A DNA stretch of 63,378 nt, filler included, from Chiloscyllium plagiosum (Eukaryota): NCBI RefSeq assembly GCF_004010195.1. It is 4 parts of one record of this genome, joined end to end, with 100 filler letters (N's around TTAATTAATTAA, not from the genome) between each part and the next. Parts side by side here need not be neighbours in the genome. Positions count along the whole stretch, not along the records: positions 26,107 to 44,095 come from NC_057712.1; positions 44,196 to 56,996 come from NC_057712.1; 2 more parts are not named here. The stretch is one strand, 5' to 3'. Under the pieces are notes generated by a model that saw only the letters and a list, made by a program, of their open reading frames with translations, made no database searches and had not been told where the DNA came from. The first letter of the stretch is position 1, and each line of letters begins with the position of its first letter. Shown here piece after piece: positions 36,268 through 48,300 of this stretch. The position numbers and the translations under genes were made by a program.

Positions 36268-36954
36268 CATGATGCTCACAAAGGCTCGCATAAGTCAGTT
36301 GGGAAAATTGGATGAGATTGGCAAAAATGGGATTCTCAGTGTCGAGAGAAGAAAGTCCAATTCTCCAAACAAATGTTGAAACGGCAGGATAAGAATCTCA
36401 CTAGTGAATGGCATAAGGCTCATTTGCATCAACTTTCTTGGATTAGTGTCCCATTTTTATCTAATCTCACCTCATCGATATGCAGTTTCCAATTCTCCTG
36501 ACTACCAGACAGAAACTAGACAGCGACAATTCCTGACATGAAGGTCAGAGCTGGTACCGAGCAACTCTAGCTCCCCACTTGAGCTCCTCCTCGCCTGGTC
36601 ATCAACAGCACTCCCTGACATCTCAGGACACACTCCAAGGGTAAGGACAGCCCACATTCCAATCCATGGATGTTGGCATCTAACGCATAATAGCCTCTCC
36701 AAATACTGACTGCACATCGCCATTTACAATATGGTTCTGTGCATAAATGCTATACTTCGGAACACACAGTCACTTATCATTACAATAATGTTGCCAGGAG
36801 ACATTATGTACTGGGATTGGCACCCATCTTACAGGACAGAGCATCTCAGGGCTGCCTGTTTGCTGTCTTAGTGCTGACTTTGAACCTGCTAAGATGCTCC
36901 CAGCATCTCTCGCTTGTTTTATGCTGTCTTGCCTTGCCTTTTTGCACATTGCTC

Positions 36955-37090
36955 CCTCAGCCAGAGCGATTATGGAGCAGACAAAGTGCCTGCTGAAGAT
37001 GAGGTTCGGAGGCTTGCATCAATCTGACGGGCCTCGCAGACAGGATGTGCTGCATAATCTTGGTATGCTGTGCTCTGGAGAATGTAATAA
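36955..37090 (+). pseudogene. PIF/Harbinger (HARBI1-like DDE) transposase C-terminal remnant
   Basis: SARAIMEQTKCLLKMRFGGLHQSDG...VLHNL matches the R..IE..IG.LK.RF..L...LHN motif around the catalytic E. Confidence 0.65.
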
Positions 37091-40000
37091 AGCCTGAAGA
37101 GTTAGGAGGCTATTTTCTCCAAGGAGGAAGATGGTGAGGAACATCACTTTCTGTTTGATAGCGCACTGTAGCATCAAACACTACAAGATTAGCAGGACTT
37201 CACTGTTGCCTGACTCAAGTAGATGTGAGCTGGTTATACTTGTTGGTTATAAATTTGTTGCTACTCTAAAAGCAAATTCCAGGTAAGATCGTATAAGCAG
37301 CATGTTGTAGAGGTATGGTATAAGTAATGAGGCTAGTTTCAGAAGTGAGTTATTTCAAGAAATTCATCTAATTTCACACTAAGTCAATTTCTGGTGAAAG
37401 TCAACACCATCTCTTGACACAACAGTTGAAAAATAAAGTGAACATTTGTCCTCCAAAACACCAGTGTGGTGACAGGTATAACAGGTTCCTCAGCAACAGT
37501 AATAATGAGAAAACCAGATTCCCAGGAGTGAAATGTTCTGCTTGTCGAAATGGTTACTATTTAGTATCAGCCAGATCTTCATCTTTGTTTCAATGGGGTT
37601 GGTTTCCCTTTAGCAATCCTTGTTGGATGCAACTAACAAAGCTCTGCCAACGAGTTGGCAATCAGGAAAAACCTTCCTGTTGTTTTGAGAACTCGATACC
37701 AGGGCTTAACAATTACCAAGTACAAGTAATGCTGAAGACTTTGAACACGGAACTGGGAAATATTGAAAGACAAACAGAACTTAAAACTGAATTTGCATGC
37801 GGCATTCAAGAAAGCATTTTACAGTTATTGGTAAAATATGAAAACAGCACACAAATCAATTTTACACAGAAGGAAATGTGTCCCAGGTAGGGAATAGGAA
37901 AATGTCCTGTTCTAAAAGTACTTTTTGCTACTTTTAAAAGCCTGGATTTAATATAAAAGCCTCAGGCCTTCTTAAGTGGAGAATGCAATTACACAAATGG
38001 AGAATACGTAAAGATCAATTGATCCATTGTGACTGACCGAAACTGATCACAATAATTTCTTCCTCTTCCCTCTGCCCCGGCCCCGAAACAAATCTCTCTC
38101 AATCACTGATAAAATCCACAGTTTGCAATTGATTTGTTCTTCTCTAATTTTGGGTTTCAAAGCCTGTGTCTTTTGAGATCGTCACTATTAGAAAGAAAAA
38201 CTATCAGAAAATGGACTATAAATTTGAATTCCCAGCTGCTACACTAGACAAGTTAAAGAATAGGACCTGAAGACTGCGCTCGGAGACAGGGGTAATGAAC
38301 AAAGGTTACTGCCACTAACTTCAGTTTTAACCAAAGATATTGAATGAAGCTGACTCTGGGAAATCTGTCTTCCAGACAAGTGTAAGCTAAAAACTTTCTG
38401 CAGAACTGTTCCTTTTGTTAATAACTGTCTCTGTGGAACTGATGGGGCAAAAAAACAGTTTCCGAAAATTGAAAAGGAATTGAACAGTACCAGAAGAAGA
38501 CACGGTTGTGAAAGACTTTAGCATTGCACATGTGCTCAAGAGATTGCCAGCAAATTTCTTACAATGAAGATGTATCTGCTATTCAAAGGTCAGGTTTGAT
38601 TTCTATTGAATACACTTTGCTGATTTAATTTATGCTGATTTTGGTTTAATTATTAAACTTTAGACAAGGTTGAATCTTGCCAGTCATTTCTTCTTCGCTT
38701 GTGATTGTTTATATGTCATGGTTTTCCATGGGGATTGGAACAATTCAACAGTTACCCAGTTGTGTCAGCAACACAGGAAGAATCATCCCACTCTCTTTAG
38801 AATATTTGCAGTAAATCCCCACTCGCTACATAAATCAATGTGTCTCCTCTGGGAATAAATTCCAGCACTTTAAGACTATGTAAGAAGAGGATTTAAACTG
38901 GACACTATGTTATAAATACACCTAATAAAAGCCTTGTACACAAACAAACAACACAGGATTTTTCACATATCCGGGCAACAGAACCTAATATTATTTGGAT
39001 TTCCAAAGGCCTTTTAGCTCTGATCATGAATCTCAATAGCCTCATGAGAAAAAAAATCCTGTACTTGGTATAAAAATGAGAACAAATAGAGAGCCTGATT
39101 TTGCCAGAATTTAATCCGGTTTTCAAAAAGAATCTAATAAATTCCTTAACTGTAACATTATCTCCAAGAAAACCATCGAGCACTAAGGGGACATATAACT
39201 TTGTGATTCACAGGGGACAGAAAGTTCAATTCACTGATTCCCATAATAAATATTTTGAAATTAATCTCCTTCCTCAAAAATTGCATGAGAAATACAGAAT
39301 ATGAGGTGGATTTCTAACATTAAACTTTGTCGCTAGGCAACATTTTTCACACAGTTGTTCTGACCTTCAATAGCTGGTCATATCAGGCCTGCATCATCCC
39401 CTGTACTTTCAGTTATAGTCATGGTCATGGTATTTCCTGGCAGTGAGAGAGAGTATCCATTAGTCTCCAAAGGAGCACATTAACCCATTCATTTGGGACA
39501 GATTTTCAAATTGGTGCAAGTGTTTGTGCAAATCATGCGTGACAGCGAAGACAAACAGGCAAGAATCCATTCTGGTGCAACTGTTTCTTGCCGCCAATAA
39601 TTTTAATAGTGCTGTTTTGATAAGCAATCGCAGCTGGAAATAAAGACAGGCGCAAAACCATGATTTTGTTTTGCGACTTGGTATGTGAATGGTCAGAGTC
39701 ATTTTAACTAAAGACCTGGTCCGGGAATTATGGAACAAAACCTATTTTCGATTGTAAGCAAAGTAAAAGTACTGTCGTGGATATTAAATAACCTGCATCT
39801 GCATAACCCACACATCCCTGTTCGTACAGCCATGCACAGTGAGCTAGGGACATTTGAGAACTGAGACTTTTCACTTGTGGTGTTCAGGAGAGTCAGCTCT
39901 CTAAACAGCAAGCTCCTGCACTATAAAACATTTTGTCCTTTCCACCCATGCTCGATTATTGAACCACTGCTGCCTCAGACTACTTATTAGCCTAAGGTAA

Positions 40001-40249
40001 TGATGCTAATGACAGATGTAGTGAATAATACAATGCTGGAAGAGTGCTGGCTTCTTGTGTAAAAGAGCTAGAACACATTCCCGAGGCTAGGAGGGCTGTA
40101 GAAACAGAAGAAAATGATCTGCAATACTGGACACTCCGATTACGGTTAATTATTATTGACCAGTGAGCATTTTGAGTACTATATCACAGCATTGCATAGA
40201 AAAGCACCCTAGTGAATGGGTATGATGAAAGGAACAAACAAAGGAGGTG

Positions 40250-40545
40250 CTTGCATATTGGCAATATATTGGGATGAGCAATCCAGAGGTCCTTGTAAAT
40301 TGTCTGTGGGACATGAGTTCAAATCCCACCTTTGGGATTTGGAAGGTAATAACATCAAGAATTTTATAAAACTAGTTTCAGTGATTGCTACCAAAAACCC
40401 ATCTGATTCACTGATGTAGTAGAGGAAAGGAAATCTGTCTGCCTGACCTAGTTTTGTCCACATGTGACTCTGGATGCAGTACAATGAGGTTGACTCTTCC
40501 TACCTTCTCTAGCACCTGCCCAACTTAGTTTAAGAGCAATTAAGG
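40250..40545 (+). mobile_element. tRNA-derived SINE with conserved central domain (Meta-SINE-like; assignment from memory)
   Basis: B-box GAGTTCAAATCCCACC; AAAAACCCATCTGATTCACTGATGT..GGAAATCTG..CACATGTGACTC..GGTTGACTCTT. Confidence 0.65.
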
Positions 40546-40559
40546 AACTAATCCAAAGT

Positions 40560-40805
40560 CTTGCACATTCTCCCTGGGTTTCCATGGGTTTCTTCTGGGT
40601 GCCCTGGTTTCCACCCACAGTCCAATGTTGTGCAGGTTAGGATGATTGGCCATGCAGACTATCCAGGGATGCGCAGAGTAGATTAGCCATGGGAAATACA
40701 AGTCTACAGGGATAGGGTAGCGAGGTAGGGGGAGGGGGTCAGAAGGTTGGTTTGGACTTGATGGGCCAAATGGCCTGCTTTCACACAGTAGGGATTCTAT
40801 GATGA
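40560..40805 (+). mobile_element. HE1-like V-SINE, 5'-truncated
   Basis: V-domain TTGCACATTCTCCC..TTTCCACCCACAGTCCAA and tail GGGATTCTATG. Confidence 0.85.
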
Positions 40806-40869
40806 TGAGTCTATATTGCATTCAGGTCCGCCATCTAAATCTTTATGAATAACTGGTCACAGGCCATGA

Positions 40870-41885
40870 TCTGTTTATTCCTGCTCTTTGTTTACAGTCT
40901 GTCAAACAGTTCTCTATCCGTGTCAGTACACTACCCTTGATGTGTTTTTATTTTACACACTAATCTCTCATGTGGAACCTTATCAAACACCTTCTGAAAG
41001 GCAAACTAAACCACAACCACTGGTTCCCCCTCATCATATATCCATGCTGACTCGATCCAATCCTGTCACAGTTTTCTATAAAATCATTTATAATGGACTC
41101 TAGCATTCACCCCACTGCCAATGTCAAACTAACCAAGTCTATAATTTCTTGTTTTTCTCACGAATTCCTTTTTTAAAAAAATAATAGGATTACATTAGCT
41201 ACCCTCCAATCCATGGGAACTCTTTCAGAGTCTACAGATTCTTAAAAGATTCCTTAAATACTCTGAGATGAAGATTACCAGACCCTGGAGATTTATTAGC
41301 CTTTAATCACATCTATCTCCCTGCTAGTATTGATTTTCTTCAGTTCTTCTCTGTCACTAGACCTTGTGTTGCCTAACATTTTCTTGGATTTTATTTATGT
41401 CCTCCTTTTTGAAGACTGAACCAAAATATAAATTTAATTGACTTGCCATCTCTGTGTTCCCCTACTTCTGTCTATAGCGGTGCTACATTTGTATTCACCA
41501 GCCTTTTTCTCTTCACATACCATCAAAGCTTTTAAAATCAGTTTGCATGTTCCCCACAAGTTTCCTCTCATATCCTATATGTTTCCCTTTAATCAATTCC
41601 TTTGTCCTCATTTGCTGAAATCTTAATGGCTGCCAAACCTCAGGCTCTCTGCCTTTTTTGGCCCATTTGAGTGTCCCTTCGTTGGATCTAATGCTAATCC
41701 TAAATTTCCCTTGCTCACCACCCCCGGCCACTCTTCCCATTTTACTTTATTGCAAGACAGGAACGGCTAGTTCTTCCCTGCACTGTTAACCCCTTAATTT
41801 ATCTTAGTCAACTCGTGCCTCACACCATCATAGTTTCCTCTATTTAGACTCAGAACCTTTCCAAGAATCAATGATGTCACTCTCC
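40870..41885 (-). mobile_element. Degraded CR1 ORF2 internal fragment
   Basis: ORF 41513-41740 ..YERKLVGNMQTDFKSF; LNRGNYDGVRHEL at about 41800-41850. Confidence 0.65.
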
Positions 41886-42044
41886 ATCTTAGTAAATAGT
41901 GCAGGAAAATGAAAAGTGTCAGAGTTGGGGGTGAGGGATGAGGAGTGTTGGAGTGGTTGGGGGGAGAATCAGGAGTATCGGAGTAGGATGGGGGATGAGA
42001 ATGAGTATTGGGAGGAGATTCAAGATTACCAGAGTGATCTAGTA

Positions 42045-44075
42045 ATAGAGTCATACAGCATGGAAATAAATGCTTCGATCCAACTCATCCACACCAAGTG
42101 AGTCCATAACCTAGCCCCATTTGCCTGTGTTTTGGCCCATATCCCTCTAAACCTTTCTTATTCATGCACCTATCCAAATGTCTTCTAACTGTACCAGCAT
42201 CTACCACTTTCTCTGGTAATCTATTCCACACATAAACTACCGTGTGTGTGAAAATGTTACCCTCAGGTCCCTTTTAAATCTTTCTCCTATCACCTTAAAA
42301 ATACACACTCTAGTTTTGAATTCACCCATCCAAGGGAAAAGACCTTTGCTATTCACTTTATCCACGCCCCTCATAATTTTACAAACCTCTACAAGGTCAC
42401 CCTTCAGCTTCTAATGTCCAAGGAAAAAAGTCCCAGCCTGTTCAGCTATCCTGATAACTTAACCCTTCCACTCTCAGCAACACCCTTGTAAATGTTTTCT
42501 GAACGCTCTCCAATTTAGTAATAACCTTCCTACAGCAGGGCCAGAACTGTAGACAGGTGGCCTCACCAACATTCTCTTCAACCTTGGCATGACATCCCAA
42601 CTCAATGGTCTGAGCAATGAAGATAAGTGTGTTAAAAGCCTTCTTAACCACTCTGCCTATGTGTGATGCAACTTTCAAAGAACTATATACCTGAAACCCT
42701 AGGTCTCTCCGTTTGACAACACTCCCCAGGGCCCTACTGTTAACTGTATAAGTTCTGACCTTGTTTGTTTTACCAAAATGCAATACTTCACATTTATCCA
42801 AATTAAACTCTATCTGTCACACCTCAGCCCATTGACCCAATTGATCAAGATCCCTTAGTAATCTTAGAAAACCTTCTTCACCGTCCACTATATCATCCAT
42901 TTTGGAGTCATCTGCAAACTTACTAACTAAGCCTCCAAAATTCTCATCTAAGTAATTTATATAAATGGCGAACTAAAGTGGGCCCTGCACCAATCCTTAC
43001 CGAACATTGCTGATCACAGGCCTCCAATCCAAAAAACAATCCTCCACCACTCTCTGTCTCTTATTATAAAGCCAAGTTTGTAACCAATTGGCAAGTTTTC
43101 CCTGAATCCCATGTGATCTAACTTTAGTAGTTAGTCTAACACCCCTTGTCAAAGACTTTATTAAAGTCCATGTAGACAAAATCTACTGCTCTGTCCTCAA
43201 CTATCTTTTTGGTCATGTCCTCAAAATACTCAAATAAAGTTTGTGAGACATGATTTCTCATGCACAAAGCCATGCTGACTATTGTTAATCCAGAATCTGG
43301 TTTCCAGCATCTGCAGTCATTGTTTTTACCTCGTTGATTTTAATCCTACTGCGAATCCTCTTGCAAGGATGCCTGCCTTGAAGAAGTTTTCCTCCTCTCT
43401 CTACAAGAATCTCAGGGAGTCCCTCTTCCACTGCCACGCTTCAGGCTCACTGCCTTTATTCCTGATGAAGGACTTTTGCCCGAAACGTTGATTTCAAAGC
43501 TCCTTGGATGCTGCCTGAACTGCTGTGCTCTTCCAGCACCACTAATCCAGAATATTGTTAATCATGCCTTGCCTCTCCAAACGCATGTAAATCCTATCTC
43601 TCAGAATCCCCTCGAACAACAAACCCACCGTTGACGTTAATCTCCTCAGGTCTGTAGTTCCCAAGCTTCTCCTTAGGGCCTTTAGTAAAAAAAAGGCACA
43701 ACATTAGCTACCGTCCACTCCTCTAGCACTTCACCCATAGCCGTAGCTGATACAAATATCTCTGTTGGGGGGCCCATAATTTTTTCCCTAACTTTCCGCA
43801 ACACCCTTGGATACAGTTGATCAGGTCCTGGAGACTTATCCACCTTTATGTTTTTTTTTACGACATCCAGCATGTTCTCTCGTAATGTGGGCTGTTTTCA
43901 AGACGGCAATATTCACTTTCCAGATTTCCCTAACACCATTTCTTTCTCCACAGTAAAAACTGAAACAAAATATTCATTTAGTTTCTCTCCCATCTCGTGT
44001 GGGTCCACATATAGACGACCTTGCTGCTCTTTAAGATGCCCTATGCTCTCCCTAGTTGCTCTTCATGTTCTTGTA
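42045..44075 (-). mobile_element. CR1/HER1-type LINE ORF2 (RT) and 3' end
   Basis: KCEVLHFG (42442-42801), KFADD motif (GTCATCTGCAAACTT), HGIQGKLANW, DKSPGPDQLYPR. Confidence 0.92.
43291..43552 (+). mobile_element. Permuted Penelope insertion (pLTR tail, ORF start, truncated pLTR with hammerhead) with 11-bp TSD
   Basis: TSD TATTGTTAATC at 43280-43290 and 43553-43563; ATG at 43369 MPALKKFSSSLYKNLRESL; hammerhead-like motif 43458-43493. Confidence 0.88.
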
Positions 44076-44095
44076 GATTTGGGGGGGGGGGGGCG

Positions 44096-44195
44096 NNNNN
44101 NNNNNNNNNNNNNNNNNNNNNNNNNNNNNNNNNNNNNNNTTAATTAATTAANNNNNNNNNNNNNNNNNNNNNNNNNNNNNNNNNNNNNNNNNNNN
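44096..44195. other. Assembly gap / artificial contig linker
   Basis: 44 N + TTAATTAATTAA + 44 N. Confidence 0.97.
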
Positions 44196-45770
44196 GTGAT
44201 GGCCACAACATCATAGTCCCAAGTACCGATCTACGCCTTAAGTTCACCCACCTTATTTCTGATACTCCTTGCGTTGAAGTATACACACTTGAGCCCATCT
44301 CTGTGTCCGCAAGTATTCCCTGTCAGTGCTACCTTCTCCACAGCCTCCCTACATTCTTGGACATCCTGAAAAACAGCTAACCCACTTGCTGGACTACAAG
44401 TCCGGATCCCATCCCCCTGCCAAATTAGTTTAACACCCCCTGAAGAGTGCTAGCAAACCTACCTCCCAGGATATTGGTGCCCTTCCGGTTCAGGTGTAAC
44501 CCGTCCTGCTTGTACAGAATGCAGAATGCAGTCCAATTGTCCAAATACCTGAAGCCCTCCCTCCTACACCATCCTTGCAGCCACGTGTTCAACTGCACTC
44601 TCTCCCTATTCCTTGCCTCACTGTCACATGGCACCGGCAACAACCCAGAGATGACGACTCTGTCCGTCCTAGCTTTTAGCTTCCAGCCTAACTCCCTGAG
44701 CTCCTGAATGACCTCCCCACTCCTCTTCCTACCTATGTTGTTGGTGCCAATGTGCACCACGACTTCTGGCTGCACACCCTCCCCCTTAAGGATTCTGAAG
44801 ACATGGTCCTAGACGTCTCGGACCCTGGCATCCGGAAGGGAACAAACCATCCGAGAGTCTCGCCCATGTCCACAGAACCGCCTGTCTGTCCCTCTAACTG
44901 TAGAGTCTCCTATAACTAGCGCTCTCCTCCACTCCCCCTTTCCCTTCTAGGCCTCAGAGACGGACCTCATGCCAGAGACTTGGTCACTGCAGCTTACCCC
45001 TGCTAGGCCGGACCCCCCAACAGTATCCAAAGCGGTATACTTATTGTTGAGGGGAATGACCACAGGGTTCCCTGCACTGCCTGCTTCCTCCCCTTCCCAC
45101 CTCTAACTGTTACCCAGCTACCTCTGTTCTCTGTCCCTGTAGCTTCTATCTATCACCCTCTCAGCCTCTCGAATAATCCTCAGTTCATTACAACTCCAGC
45201 TCCAGTTCCCTAACGTGGTCTGTGAGAAGCTGGAGCTGGCTGCACTTCCTGCAGGTGAAGTCGACAGGAGCATCGGTGGTCACCCCTTATCTATCACCCT
45301 CTCAGCCTCTCGAGTAATCCTCAGTTCATCCAATTCCAGCTCCAGTTCCCTAACGCGGTCTGTGAGGAGCTGTAGCTGGCTGCACTTCCTGCAGATGAAG
45401 TCGGCAGGAGTATTGGTGGTCACCTCTACCTCAAACATCCTGCAGGAGGAACATTCCACTGCCTGCGCTGCCATTACTCTACACTTAGTCTCCAAAACAA
45501 GAACACTAAGTTGCTTACCTGTTCAGCCGACTGAGTCCTTTGTTTTTAGGTTAGAGGAGGAGGGAGGGTGGGAGACACTACACGTGTAGTGTCTCGGGTT
45601 CCTTCTCCACTCAAACTCCTTACCTTCCCAGAAGCCTCTGTTGACGACTTCCGGGTTCCCGCTCCTATTTGAAAATAAAACACAGACTGCAAAAAGAAAA
45701 ACGTTAATTTAAACTGGTCTCCGCTTACCTTCCGGCTCCCCTCTCTGTGCGTCCACTGTAGCACTGAGGT
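44196..45770 (-). mobile_element. CR1 LINE 5' half: 5' UTR, ORF1 (zinc finger/leucine zipper and SGNH esterase), start of ORF2 endonuclease
   Basis: 45280-45495 CSSC..FICRKC..LTDRVRELELELDEL; 44425-44775 VVVHIGTNN..VVISGLLP..DGLHLN; CVYFNARSIRNK at about 44250-44290. Confidence 0.93.
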
Positions 45771-45789
45771 CGAAACCTCAAAGTTTAAA

Positions 45790-47100
45790 GGAGTTTAAAG
45801 AGACATTGTTGAGGGTGAGGATGAGCTCGGCTAAATGGAGGAGGGTGGTGGGGGGTGGGGACGGTTCAGGCTTTTGCTCCAGGAAGAAGCGGAGAGCCCT
45901 GAGACCATCCTGCTGGGGGATGGATGTGTAAAGGGATTGCGCGTCCACGGTAAACAGGAGGGGGCTGGAACCTGCAAATTGGAAATTCCAAAACTAAAGC
46001 ATCGGTGGAATCATGGATGTATGTGGGCAGGGATTGGACCAGGGGAGAAAAGACTGAGTCAAGGTTGGAAGAATTGTGCTCAGTGAGGCAGGATCAGGCT
46101 GAAACAATGGGGCTGCCCAGGCAGCACTGTCTGTGGGTTTTCGGAAGGAGGTAGAAGTGAGTTGTGCTGGGTTGGGAGACTATCAGCTCGGAGGCAGCGG
46201 AGGCAGGGAGATTGCCGGATGAAATGAGGTCAGTGACTGTAGTTGATAAATGGCCTAATGTGTGATAGTGGGGTCATGGTCCAGGGGAAAGTAGGAGAAG
46301 GTATCTGAGAGCTGGAGCTCAGCCTCTGCAATGTAGAGGTCAGTACACCAGGCTACAACAGCACCACCCTTATCAGCAAGCTTAATAACAAAGTCAGTGT
46401 TGGATCTACAAGCACGGAGGGAATTCAGATCAGAGGGAGATAGGTTGGATTGGGTGAGAGGCGTTGGCAGAGAATTTGGGGCGACCAATGTCACATTGAC
46501 AATTCTCAATGAACAGGCCGAGTGCAGGTAAAAGGCCAGAGAGAGAGCTCCAGGTGGAGGGAGAGTGTTGGAGCTGGGCGAAGGACTCTGTGGGATGGAG
46601 AGACGACTCTTGTCCAAAGAAATGGGCATGGAGGCAAAAACAATGGAAGAAGAATTCAATGTCATGTCATGCCTGAAATTCATTAAGGTGGGGATGCAGA
46701 GGGATAAAACTGAGACCTTTGCTGAATACAGAATGTTCAGCATTGCAGAATGTAAGGTTAGGAGGGATGGTGAGTACGGAACAGGAAGTTAGGGGGACGA
46801 ATGGAGTCAGAGGGAAGGAGAGGAAGGTTCCAGAAGGCCATGGTTATTCCCGAGTTGTTGCACCTTGTGGGCCATTGTGCTTAAAAGAAAAAAACAGTTT
46901 CTTGTTAGCGCATGTGAATGAGTCAGAGGGTGAAGTGGAACTGCGGAGTATTGCAGCCCTGCCTGAGCCAACGTGATGCAATGCTATTGGAGAGAGAGAT
47001 CGAGAGTGTGCATGTGACACCGGATGGCTCTGAATGTGGATCTCAGGATGCAGCAAGAGCAGCTGTCTGTGGAATGTTGGACATAATTGGAGAAACATTT
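45790..47100 (-). pseudogene. Penelope-like element ORF (N-terminal domain and RT N-half), frameshifted
   Basis: VIKLADKGGAVVAW (PLE DKG motif), FYLLPKTH..GSPIVSA, LFTVDAQSLYTSIP (RT motif A), ILRSTFRAIRCHMHTLDLSLQ. Confidence 0.88.
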
Positions 47101-47717
47101 GTTGATATTGGAAATTACAACTTCAACTTTGCATGCTCGCCCTTCAAATGCAGTGAGTGAATTATGAATGTGACTGATTGATCCCTTTAACACCATTCCC
47201 AGGCAGGGACTTACCATTGAGGGAGTTGCTAAATGATGATCAGGAACCAGAACCCCAATTCACTTTATCCCTCCCATGAGCCCAGAGAGTCAGTTATGAT
47301 ACATTTAAAAGGTAGAGAGCAAAAAAAGCTTGTGATCTCAAATGTGCAAGTGAGAGGGAATCCTGGGGCCAACCAGTTACCTTTGCTAATAGTCCCATCT
47401 ATGCTACCATTCCCTCTTGACTGCCACTGGGATCTCACCTTCACTTGATTCAGGCTCCTTATGTAGTGATGGATTGGGATGTCTATCCACTGTTCAAACA
47501 ATGCCAATGGCCTGTTAAAATGCTCCTTATTTCAGCTTATGCTCATGCTAATTGGTTGCCTGCGTTCTTAGGCTGAGGAAGTTGTAAATCCTGTTCCCAA
47601 TATTGGTTAAAGTACCTGACAGCGGGACACAGCTCGGGAGACAATCTGCAATTTTACCCAGCGCCTGCTTACATCCCAACCCACACCATCCTGCCATTCC
47701 CATCCTCCAAGCATCAC

Positions 47718-48300
47718 GAGATGGCGGCGGCAGAGTAGAAGCATCCAGGCTTCTGTGGCCAGGGCTCATCCACTCTATCCACTTTTCATTTCTTTTCTTC
47801 CTGTTTTCTTTGTTCAGCTTTTCTCATTGTTTTCTTTTTAGTTTTTGCTTCCACTTAACCTCCAGGGAGAGCTTGGTCGTGATGGTGTCAGCAGCGACGG
47901 TATCAGTGAGGAAGATGCGAGGAAAGCATGACGGTGGCTGGTGATTGCGAAGGGGGATCCTGGCAGTGGCATTGAGGCAGCAGCTGATGGCGGGGCAAGC
48001 ACAGCACCCAACATCAGCTGCTAAATTGGTGGAGGCGATGTCAGTGTGGTACGCCCAGTGGCAAAAGATGGCACCAGAGGAACACCAATTTCGACGCTCA
48101 TTGAGTCCAGCGCTGGTGTTGGTGAAGTAGCGGTGGAAGGGTTATGGGCTCTCTTTCAGCTATATCTTTCATTTGTTCTTAAACTATTCAAAATGGCACT
48201 GGAGTCATGGTGATAGTGAAAACTTTTCACTGAATTTTGCTGTAAGTTTCTCTGTAAAATACACATGCCAATTGTATTCATTCATTCAAGATTATTCATT
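47718..48300 (+). mobile_element. Unassigned non-autonomous element, copy 3
   Basis: 5' GAGATGGCGGCGG..GCATCCAGGCTTCT..GGGCTCATCCACTC then T-tract; 3' AAATGGCAC..CTTTTCACTG..TACACATG with (ATTC)n. Confidence 0.6.

Noticed and set aside
37414..37890. 158-aa ORF in unique sequence
   Set aside because: Non-ATG start, no recognisable domain or coding-like composition; compatible with chance
44081..44095. Poly-G run as a G-quadruplex element
   Set aside because: Abuts an assembly gap and may be a contig-end artefact
44425..44775. Host GDSL/SGNH lipase gene
   Set aside because: Lies between the CR1 zinc finger and the APE start; it is the known CR1 ORF1 esterase domain
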